A stretch of DNA of 64,000 nucleotides. It comes from a virus. Its lineage: Duplodnaviria; Caudoviricetes. The translations under genes were made by a program, and so were the position numbers. The notes beneath the pieces were generated by a model, which saw only the letters and a program-made list of their open reading frames with translations, made no database searches and was not told the DNA's origin. The stretch lies in IMG/VR virus record IMGVR_UViG_3300027804_002812, positions 96,001 to 160,000 of that record. One strand, written 5' to 3'. This document shows, piece by piece, positions 39,053-46,599 of this stretch (position 1 is the first letter of the stretch; each line of letters begins with the position of its first letter).

Positions 39053-39469
39053 ATGAAAACATTCAAAATATTTATCCTGTTAATTTTCTTTTCGTTAGGT
39101 CTTAATGCACAAGGAACTGCAATAAAAACTAAAAGATTTTTTTGGGCAGATTCTGAAGTAAATTTTAATCAACAGCTAACTGAATCAGGTAAAGAATTAT
39201 TGAATTCTACCTTAAAAATGTCCAATGTCGATTTAACCGATTGTATTGGAATAACATCTGATGAGGAATTACAATACACAAGTAGTGAATACTTAAGAAA
39301 CCGCAAGTACCAATTCATTACAATGTCTAAATATGATGATATAGTATCGTTTAATATCTACAATAATAAATCAAATGAGATATCGAATGAAAAAAAGAAA
39401 GTAATATTAACATATTCCAAAGATAATAACAACAAAATTGATGTAATTACACTACACGTAATTGAATAA
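39053..39469 (+). CDS. secreted protein with Sec signal peptide
   Basis: MKTFKIFILLIFFSLGLNA|QG has n-, h- and c-regions with Gln at +1. Confidence 0.7.
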   Translation: MKTFKIFILLIFFSLGLNAQGTAIKTKRFFWADSEVNFNQQLTESGKELLNSTLKMSNVDLTDCIGITSDEELQYTSSEYLRNRKYQFITMSKYDDIVSFNIYNNKSNEISNEKKKVILTYSKDNNNKIDVITLHVIE

Positions 39470-39471
39470 TT

Positions 39472-40584
39472 CTATTTTTTTTCTTTGGTTATAGTTGGCA
39501 TTTTGATAATCAAACGTCTGTTTGGGGCAGTTTTATTTACGTCTTTGACTTCAGGGTACTTCATCCCTTTTGCAAATTGGTCAGTTTGTCCAATACCTTT
39601 AGGGATGAAGTTCAATGTAGATATACCTGTTTCAGTTTTCAACCTATTAGCGATTGTACTTGCTCTATTATCAGATAGTTTTTGATTATAGTCTCTTTTC
39701 TGATTTTCATCACCATCAATCGACGCTGATGCAATAACTTCAACATTACCACTTACTCCTTGGTAGTTTGATTTAACTTTCTCGACAAATTTTTTGAATT
39801 CAATTTCAGCATCGGGGGTCAAAGTTGTTTTATCAAATTCAAATGGGCTTTGAATGTCCAATTTAATTTCCTCAAACTCTGGTCTTGTTGATGGTGGAGT
39901 TTCAGGTTTTATTGGTTCCACTTTGTCCCCAGCAAACGCGTATCCTATTCCTAAAACATGTTTTGGGGTATAACTTTTAGCGTATTGTATGACAACACCT
40001 TTCCTATTTTTAAGTTCTTTAAGTATCGGTTTAGACTCCGATCCGTAAGTACCATTCCAAGTCAAAATACTATAAACTGGTGTAGGTTCATCAAAATATC
40101 GTCCTAAATCATCAATAAATACAAACCAACTACCACCCACACCTTTGAAAATCTTTGTGGGGTCATATTGTGCTGGTGTAACTCTATTACAAGGACCCGC
40201 AATTGGACCATTATATTTTTCCTCTGTATCATCAATATATCCAGCAGCGTATTTCATATATAGACCGTATTTCATACCTGTCATCACATCCTCTGGAAAG
40301 TATAACCCTTGTCCCTTTGTGGGATCTATTGTTGCGGTAATTTGACTGGCGAGAGGTAATTTACGTAATTCTCCTTTATTAGTTTGAATGTAATAATCCG
40401 CTCCTTTTTTTATGATTGTGTAACTACATAATCTCCAAGTGTCTTCTCCACTTTCTTGAGCATGCATAAGGTCGGGATCGCCATATTGTTCAGACATTAA
40501 ATAAAAATTCTTTGTTGCTGATTCGTGAAGAGATAAAATTCTATTTCTTTCTTCGTTAGATATTTCCCAAGTTTGCTTAATCAT
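39472..40584 (-). CDS. OmpA-like peptidoglycan-binding domain protein (no signal peptide)
   Basis: FEFDKTTL...VEVIASASIDG...YNQKLSDNRA..IANRL...KGIGQ...NRRLII. Start reassigned to ATG 40584 because the longer start overlaps the MCP terminator and TATTTATA lies 14 nt upstream. Confidence 0.8.
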   Translation of the reverse strand: MIKQTWEISNEERNRILSLHESATKNFYLMSEQYGDPDLMHAQESGEDTWRLCSYTIIKKGADYYIQTNKGELRKLPLASQITATIDPTKGQGLYFPEDVMTGMKYGLYMKYAAGYIDDTEEKYNGPIAGPCNRVTPAQYDPTKIFKGVGGSWFVFIDDLGRYFDEPTPVYSILTWNGTYGSESKPILKELKNRKGVVIQYAKSYTPKHVLGIGYAFAGDKVEPIKPETPPSTRPEFEEIKLDIQSPFEFDKTTLTPDAEIEFKKFVEKVKSNYQGVSGNVEVIASASIDGDENQKRDYNQKLSDNRASTIANRLKTETGISTLNFIPKGIGQTDQFAKGMKYPEVKDVNKTAPNRRLIIKMPTITKEKK

Positions 40585-40598
40585 AATATACAATTTAT

Positions 40599-40606
40599 TA
40601 TAAATA
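40599..40606 (-). promoter_or_regulatory. TATTTATA motif
   Basis: 14 nt upstream of ATG 40584, just after the MCP terminator. Confidence 0.6.
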
Positions 40607-40613
40607 TCAGGAT

Positions 40614-40645
40614 AAAAAAAAAGGGACAATTTCTTGTCCCTTTTT
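40614..40645 (-). terminator. intrinsic terminator after major capsid gene
   Basis: AAAAAGGGACAA-tttc-TTGTCCCTTTTT. Confidence 0.85.
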
Positions 40646-40663
40646 ACCATATCGAAATTTCGA

Positions 40664-42454
40664 TTATCTCAATTCTCTCAAGTCGAATGTTCTAACTCCA
40701 TCAACTGTGATTCTACCGTAGAATCTGTTATTAACCATTTTCTTAGCGTATCTAGTCATGATACCTTTGATTGGTGTAAAGTTGAATGGATTGTACATTG
40801 TAGGAGTTAATTGTAGAGGTACATACGGTGCGTAGATGTAACCTGTGTCCAATAGAGAAGTTCCTTTGTGACCCATCAATACTTGGTTTGGTGGGAAGTA
40901 AGGGTCTCTATACACTTGGTAACGACCTGCTAATGTACCAACTCTTTCAATACCCATGTTGTACTGGTCCTGCTCAGGAGCCGCGTTTGATACGTGGAAG
41001 TATTCCAAGTCATCAAAGATAGCACTGATTTCAGAAGAAACAACGATCCAGTTAGCTCCACCTCTTAATGTAGATTTGTGGATTTGTGCTGAAATTTGGT
41101 TGATTGCAGTGATAAGAGTTTGGTTCCAATCTTTCTGAGTATAAGGAACTGCACTAGATCCTAATCTCTTCCATCCATTGTAATCCCATCTTAAGTTCCA
41201 AGCTGCTCCTTTTCTAAGGTCTCTCAAGATTTCTCTATCAATTTCAGCCGCAACTTGCTCAGATAACAATGCAGTTAATTCAGCTTCAGCGTCGATGTTG
41301 TGGAATGCCGCAACGTCCTGAGCCATTTCTGGAGACCACTGAGCTCTTAATTTTCTTTCAGTTACAGAAACTGTTACTGACATAAGGTCGAATGAAACTT
41401 CACCAATCTTATCTTCGAATTCCAAGTTCTTATAGATTCTATAAGTAGCTGTGAATGCGTTGTCTGCTGCAGTTGTTGAAGAGAATGTTGAACCTGTGTA
41501 ACCGTCTAATGAACCACCACAAGTAACACATACTGGTACTTGTAAATCAACTTCCAAGTAGATTTTACCTTCAGCGTCACATAAGTTGTCATACTGACCA
41601 CCATCTGTCTTACTGTTAGGGAATACCAACGTAGCGTTGTTGTTACCATACTGTACAATTCCTTTACCATATCTCTGAGTTACAACTCTGAATAAGTAAG
41701 GGTTTGAAGTGTTAGCAGAAGTGTAAACGTTTCCTGCTGCACCATAAACTGTCAAATCAGATAAGAATGCTTCGTTATCCATTGGTTGACCATCAGGACC
41801 GATTAATTTACCTGCTCCGTCAGATGCGAAACCTGACATAACTACTAATACTTTTCTGTAATCAGAAAGAGTATACGCTGAAGGAACCAATTGGTCGGCT
41901 AACCATGCAACAGTTCCAACTTGTGCTGTGATAGCAGAATATTGTCCTTTAGAGTAATCGAACAACCCAGGAGGATCCAAAGCTGGTTCGTTACCTTCGT
42001 AGAATCTATCGTAAAGATCCTTAGTGTTATTATAGTCATAACCACTGTTTGGAGTTTGACCAGCCGCAGCGTTTGGAGAACCATAAGGTGCGTAGTGCTC
42101 AGAAGTACCTGGTTGGTAAGACTGAATGTTAGGTACGAAGTAGAATAATTTACCGATAGGTAAGTTCATAGCTTGTACAGAAACGATATCGTTTGCTAAT
42201 AATTTAGAGAAAACTCTTCTTACGATAGGGAAAACAACTGTTTCAAATGCACCTGTGTCAGATGTAGATGATGCTTCGTTAATTAAGTGAGAAGCTTGGT
42301 TTTCATAAAGTTGAGCTACGTTCTCTCTCATGTGACCTTTAAGACCCTCAAGGAATCCTAATTTGTCCCATTTGTTGATTGTGTCTTCTTTAATAACTTT
42401 AAGGTGCTTAAGACCAATGTTACCAACAAGACCTGATTCTAATAATGCTCCCAT
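40664..42454 (-). CDS. gp23: T4-like major capsid protein
   Basis: VSVQAMNLPIGKLFY, RKLRAQWSPEMAQDVAAFHNIDAEAELTALLSEQVAAEIDREIL, YAPYVPL, GIMTRYA. Confidence 0.97.
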   Translation of the reverse strand: MGALLESGLVGNIGLKHLKVIKEDTINKWDKLGFLEGLKGHMRENVAQLYENQASHLINEASSTSDTGAFETVVFPIVRRVFSKLLANDIVSVQAMNLPIGKLFYFVPNIQSYQPGTSEHYAPYGSPNAAAGQTPNSGYDYNNTKDLYDRFYEGNEPALDPPGLFDYSKGQYSAITAQVGTVAWLADQLVPSAYTLSDYRKVLVVMSGFASDGAGKLIGPDGQPMDNEAFLSDLTVYGAAGNVYTSANTSNPYLFRVVTQRYGKGIVQYGNNNATLVFPNSKTDGGQYDNLCDAEGKIYLEVDLQVPVCVTCGGSLDGYTGSTFSSTTAADNAFTATYRIYKNLEFEDKIGEVSFDLMSVTVSVTERKLRAQWSPEMAQDVAAFHNIDAEAELTALLSEQVAAEIDREILRDLRKGAAWNLRWDYNGWKRLGSSAVPYTQKDWNQTLITAINQISAQIHKSTLRGGANWIVVSSEISAIFDDLEYFHVSNAAPEQDQYNMGIERVGTLAGRYQVYRDPYFPPNQVLMGHKGTSLLDTGYIYAPYVPLQLTPTMYNPFNFTPIKGIMTRYAKKMVNNRFYGRITVDGVRTFDLRELR

Positions 42455-42500
42455 TTTTAGTATTTTGTTTTGTTTGTTTTATTTGTTTATTTAATTTTGA

Positions 42501-44072
42501 TTACCCAATTTTACTCATCAAATCTTTCATTCTTAAGAATTGAGGATTCTCATAAGTTTTTGATTCAATTAGGGTAGTTGATGAACCTGTAGAAACACTC
42601 TTGTTTAATTTAGTTTCCACTGATTCGTTAATTGGTGTACTTTCAGTTTTAGACAATTCGTCTTTAATCGACTTATAAAGATTTTTAGATTCTTTCAAAG
42701 TATCTACATTATCAAATCTTCTAAGAATGTTAATTTTTTCTTTTTTAGTAGTCGAATGTTCAGTGAATAATCTTGTAGCATATGCCAAGTTTGAATTGAA
42801 GATAGCAACCTCATTAAGTTTTTCTCTGAAAACATTTAATGCTTTTCTGTATTCTTCATTTTTCTCTCTTAACGTTGCAACTTCTGATTCTGAGGATTCA
42901 ACTTTTACTCCGTTTTTACCATAAACATAATTTCTGTTGTTAGTAATACCTTTTCTAAGTCCTCTTCCTTCTTTTGAACCCATTCCATAAGTTCTAGCAG
43001 CTTCTTTGGTTTCTCTTTTTTCAAAACCTGCGTCATCTCTACGAGCCTTAGTAGTTTTAAGATCTTTTGAAGCAATTTTGCCATGTTTCATTGCCAATCT
43101 TTCATCCTCTTTGTCTTTGTATCCTTGACCTTCTTTTGTTTCTGCCTTAACAACTTTGGATTTTTGTTCCATATTTTCGCCTTTCTTGTATTCGAATTTA
43201 GCCTTTCCTGTTCCCATTGTCTTAGGACCTTCTTTTTTGTCCTCTTTGAACCCACCTGCAGCTTTATCTTTGTAAGTGAATTTAGGTCCAGAACCAATTC
43301 CAACACCTTTAGGTTTTACTGTCGATTTTGCCTCTCTAACAGCTCTTCTATGGTTGTAAGATTCGTCCAAATCTTCTTCTTCGTCTTCATCTTCGTCTTC
43401 TTCCATCATGTCTTCATCTCCTTCCATCATGTCTTCATCTTCTTCCATCATGTCTTCATCTCCTTCCATCATGTCGTCTTCCGAATCAAACTCGATTTCG
43501 TACATAACTTCTTCGTCTTGGTCCATGTCGATATCTTCAACATCTCCGTCTTTTGAGAAAATAGCATTGATTACATCTTCTGTATCAACATCCATTTCAT
43601 CGATTTCATCTACGTTCATAGTTTCATCTAATTCTTCCTCTTCCTCGGACTCACCAAGCTTAACTAAATATTCTGAATCAGTGTCAGCATCGGTTAAGTG
43701 AATGTCTTCACCGTCTTTTTTAACGATAATACCATCTTCTTCACCCATAGCTTTGAACACCTTAAGAATTTCTTCGTCTGAAGCGTCAGTTAAATCTATT
43801 GGACTTTCTTCTGAATCCATATCCATGTCCATATCAAATTCCATGTCCATTTCCATATCATCATCATTATCAACAGGCATATCGGTATCGATATCTGTAT
43901 CTAATTCAATCTCATCTTCCATGTCTTGTTCTGACAGAGATTCTTTTACTAATTGGTTGATTTCTTCCTTCATAGTTGAAGCAAGTATTCCTTTTGCGTT
44001 TTGGGCGATTGCTTCTTCAACATTTCTCATTTGAATCAACGCCTCCTGTACTAAGTTTTTATTTTCTTGCAT
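42501..44072 (-). CDS. gp22: prohead core scaffolding protein
   Basis: Highly acidic, between protease and MCP. C-terminal LNEVAIFNSNLAYATRLF...KINILRRFD..TLKE.K.LY. Confidence 0.8.
   Translation of the reverse strand: MQENKNLVQEALIQMRNVEEAIAQNAKGILASTMKEEINQLVKESLSEQDMEDEIELDTDIDTDMPVDNDDDMEMDMEFDMDMDMDSEESPIDLTDASDEEILKVFKAMGEEDGIIVKKDGEDIHLTDADTDSEYLVKLGESEEEEELDETMNVDEIDEMDVDTEDVINAIFSKDGDVEDIDMDQDEEVMYEIEFDSEDDMMEGDEDMMEEDEDMMEGDEDMMEEDEDEDEEEDLDESYNHRRAVREAKSTVKPKGVGIGSGPKFTYKDKAAGGFKEDKKEGPKTMGTGKAKFEYKKGENMEQKSKVVKAETKEGQGYKDKEDERLAMKHGKIASKDLKTTKARRDDAGFEKRETKEAARTYGMGSKEGRGLRKGITNNRNYVYGKNGVKVESSESEVATLREKNEEYRKALNVFREKLNEVAIFNSNLAYATRLFTEHSTTKKEKINILRRFDNVDTLKESKNLYKSIKDELSKTESTPINESVETKLNKSVSTGSSTTLIESKTYENPQFLRMKDLMSKIG
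43400..43475 (-). repeat. 21-bp tandem repeat (~3.6 copies) encoding EDMMEG/ED in scaffold
   Basis: CTTCCATCATGTCTTCATCT(C/T) repeated. Confidence 0.9.
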
Positions 44073-44096
44073 AGAAAAAAATTGTTTAATTTATCA

Positions 44097-44104
44097 TATA
44101 AATA
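44097..44104 (-). promoter_or_regulatory. TATTTATA motif
   Basis: 24 nt upstream of the scaffold ATG 44072. Confidence 0.6.
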
Positions 44105-44145
44105 GTACCAAAACTAAAAAAATTCATTTTACGATAGCCCCAAAA

Positions 44146-44176
44146 TAAAAAAAGTGGCCGATTGACCACTTTCTTT
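44146..44176 (-). terminator. intrinsic terminator
   Basis: AAAGTGG-ccgattga-CCACTTT with an A tract on the plus strand. Confidence 0.7.
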
Positions 44177-44195
44177 GTTTCAGTTTGATTATTGA

Positions 44196-44405
44196 TTACT
44201 CAATTACTTCGTCGATTTTACTTTCAGATACTGCAGTGATTCTCCAATCATGAGTGAATCCTTCATATTTTTTAGTCACCTTAGCTTCCACATCTGTGAC
44301 AGAGTAACCTTTAACCAGTTTCTCTTCTCTAACTTTTTTAATCTTACCTGTGTTTTCATCAGGGAAATCATACTGAATTTTTGCTACAAAATATTTTTCG
44401 TCCAT
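44196..44405 (-). CDS. DUF4494-like small protein
   Basis: YFVAKIQY...ENTGKIKKVREEKLVKGYSVTDVEAKV resembles the Bacteroidota DUF4494 N-terminal domain (from recall). Confidence 0.55.
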   Translation of the reverse strand: MDEKYFVAKIQYDFPDENTGKIKKVREEKLVKGYSVTDVEAKVTKKYEGFTHDWRITAVSESKIDEVIE

Positions 44406-44409
44406 AATT

Positions 44410-45126
44410 TTATTTTCCTAAAAAATCGTCTAATTTTCTCATTAAGTCAACCGACTTTCCAACATAGTCGTTATTTTGTTTAGATTTTATTTCTTCTTCT
44501 AAGTTTTCTTCGTACTTACTTCTATCGTCGGGATTAGAAAATAAATATGCTCCTGGTGTTGATGGAGAAGATACCAAGTCAAAACATATCAGTTCAAAAT
44601 CATCTTGTACTTCATTTCTTTCTCCAACTTTTTTTAATGAACCGACACCTCTTGATGAAATACCTAAGGTCACTCCTTGTCTCATTAAGTTAGCCGCTTG
44701 GTCTCCTTTAGTTGAAACAATACCTCTTTCATGAAACCCTGGAGATGTCAATAATTTGAGTTTTCCCATTAGTATATTTTTATCCCACCATATGTCTGTG
44801 ATGATGTGAGATACTCTGTCTAAGTCTATTAATGATGACTCAGGGTGGTTTAATTCTGATGTGGATAATCCCTTAGAAATTGCTTGCTTATATCTTTCAG
44901 ATTCTCTTTTCAAAATCCTTTCAGGATACGTTCTACCATTTCTATTTGGTGTGTCGTATTTTTGAAGAACCGCATAAAACTCAAATGGATTTCTATAATC
45001 TAAATTGGCGGCCTCTTTCAGAACATCAATATTATGGGTATCTTTTGGAGAAACCCAACCTGCATCCATTTCAATCAATATACCATGGCCAAGTTCGCTT
45101 GCCTCTAAAATTCTTAAATTTTTCAT
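44410..45126 (-). CDS. gp21: T4-like prohead core protease
   Basis: NRNGRTYP, ELNHP, RVSHII, GISSRGVGS, DFELICFDLVSSPSTPGAY. Confidence 0.93.
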   Translation of the reverse strand: MKNLRILEASELGHGILIEMDAGWVSPKDTHNIDVLKEAANLDYRNPFEFYAVLQKYDTPNRNGRTYPERILKRESERYKQAISKGLSTSELNHPESSLIDLDRVSHIITDIWWDKNILMGKLKLLTSPGFHERGIVSTKGDQAANLMRQGVTLGISSRGVGSLKKVGERNEVQDDFELICFDLVSSPSTPGAYLFSNPDDRSKYEENLEEEIKSKQNNDYVGKSVDLMRKLDDFLGK

Positions 45127-45165
45127 CTAATCTTTTAAGATAAATATACGGATTTGAATAGTTTG

Positions 45166-45603
45166 TTAGTTTTCGTCTTTTTTAGAAATTGAAAATTCAA
45201 AATATTTGTTTTGAACTACGTTATTTTTGTAGATGGATTTGACTATAGTTTTTATTGATTCTTTTAGTTCATCACACTTGAAATCCATATCACGTAGGGT
45301 ATATAGATTGATTTCCAAATTAAAAAATGATTTTTTCCCTTTAGATATTCCACTTGTCCGAAGGTCCAAATCAACAATATTTTTTTCTTGAAAAATTTTG
45401 CAATCTATTGATTCATAAACGGAATTTTTTATTTCTCGTCCCAAACCTGAGACAACTCGGTTCCAATTATCTAACTCTTCTTTTGGTGTGACCCACGATT
45501 GGATGTTTATGTAAACTGATTTTAAGTTTTTGGAATCTACTGTCCCATACTGTGACTTTATAGGATTGAACAGGTTAAGTTTGACACTTTTTCCTTTTTT
45601 CAT
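45166..45603 (-). CDS. hypothetical phage protein
   Basis: 145-aa ORF in the head module. Confidence 0.8.
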   Translation of the reverse strand: MKKGKSVKLNLFNPIKSQYGTVDSKNLKSVYINIQSWVTPKEELDNWNRVVSGLGREIKNSVYESIDCKIFQEKNIVDLDLRTSGISKGKKSFFNLEINLYTLRDMDFKCDELKESIKTIVKSIYKNNVVQNKYFEFSISKKDEN

Positions 45604-45635
45604 TAATAATGATATTATGTATGTTTATTGATGAA

Positions 45636-45664
45636 ATAATATACATAATATGTATGATTGTCAA
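45636..45664 (-). promoter_or_regulatory. sigma70-consensus-like promoter (TTGACA-17-TATTAT) with palindromic spacer
   Basis: The minus strand reads TTGACA atcatacatattatgta TATTAT. The spacer region holds ATACATA-A-TATGTAT (45641-45655). Confidence 0.4.
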
Positions 45665-45674
45665 AATTTTTTTA

Positions 45675-45682
45675 TATTTATA
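45675..45682 (+). promoter_or_regulatory. TATTTATA motif
   Basis: 14 nt upstream of the bS21 ATG. Confidence 0.6.
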
Positions 45683-45696
45683 GATATTTCTAATAT

Positions 45697-45888
45697 ATGA
45701 TAATAATAAAAATCACCCAGGGTAATCCTCTTGAGAAAGCTCTCAAGACCCTAAAGTCAAAAGTAATTAAAACAAAACAAAATCAGATTTTATTTGATAG
45801 AAAGCAATATACAAAAAAATCTGTACTTAGAAGAGCACAGATTCTGAAGGCAAAACATATTCAAAGTCTCAAAGACCAATCAAATTGA
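45697..45888 (+). CDS. rpsU: 30S ribosomal protein bS21
   Basis: MIIIKITQGNPLEKALKTLKSKVIKTKQ..L..RK.YTKKSVLRRAQILKA..IQ aligns gap-free with Bacteroidota bS21. Its position inside the head module matches known bS21 phages. Confidence 0.9.
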   Translation: MIIIKITQGNPLEKALKTLKSKVIKTKQNQILFDRKQYTKKSVLRRAQILKAKHIQSLKDQSN

Positions 45889-46578
45889 TTCTTCCAAATT
45901 TTTTAACTTCAAAAAGTTTAATTGGTCGAATTTCTCAGATTTAATTTTGTTAATCGTTTCTGAAATTTTTGTTTTCATGTCCTGAGAATCTTCGTTGTTT
46001 TGAATCTCGGTTAGTTTGGATATCGTACTTTCTCTTAATGTTTCAAATTTAGTTTCCAAAGTTTTAGTGTCTTCAGAAACTATTTGAAAAAATTCTTTTT
46101 TAGAATTTTCATCTAAATTAAGTATATAGTTATTGACGGTTTGGTTTGCCACCGCAACCATAGAACTAATTGGGATATTTATACTTTCCTTAATAGATTC
46201 TTTTGTAGAAGTAATAACTTTCAAAATATTTTTCTTTGCTTTAACTCTTTCGAGTAAATCCACTCCTTGTGTGTAAACTAAGGTATCAATATCGGAATAA
46301 CTGTTTTCAGTTTTTTCGGAAAGTGTGATTGGAAGTTTAATACTTGGCAAAACTTTGTTTAATAGATTAATCCCTTCTTCAATAAAATATTTTGCATCCT
46401 GTTCACTTAACCCTTGGGGTGAACTCAGTTGATCATATATCGCATATGCTTTAGACATAGCTTTATTATTCAAAACGTTGTGTTTGAATTCTCGTAAAGT
46501 CTTCTTGAATTCTATTTCATTTTTGTAGGATTCCAAGAGATTTTTTTCAATTAGGGATTTTACTGTTCCGAAGGTCAT
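45880..46578 (-). CDS. hypothetical protein (possible prohead core component)
   Basis: 232-aa helical ORF between portal and protease. Confidence 0.7.
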   Translation of the reverse strand: MTFGTVKSLIEKNLLESYKNEIEFKKTLREFKHNVLNNKAMSKAYAIYDQLSSPQGLSEQDAKYFIEEGINLLNKVLPSIKLPITLSEKTENSYSDIDTLVYTQGVDLLERVKAKKNILKVITSTKESIKESINIPISSMVAVANQTVNNYILNLDENSKKEFFQIVSEDTKTLETKFETLRESTISKLTEIQNNEDSQDMKTKISETINKIKSEKFDQLNFLKLKNLEESI

Positions 46579-46599
46579 TGTGTCTTTTTCAAATAAATA

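Noticed and set aside
40585-40650. ORF-track N-terminal extension of the OmpA-domain gene
   Set aside because: Overlaps the MCP terminator hairpin and the TATTTATA motif, so ATG 40584 is the better start
42727-44034. Plus-strand Ser/Phe-rich ORFs opposite the scaffold gene
   Set aside because: Antisense shadows of Glu/Asp/Lys-rich coding sequence
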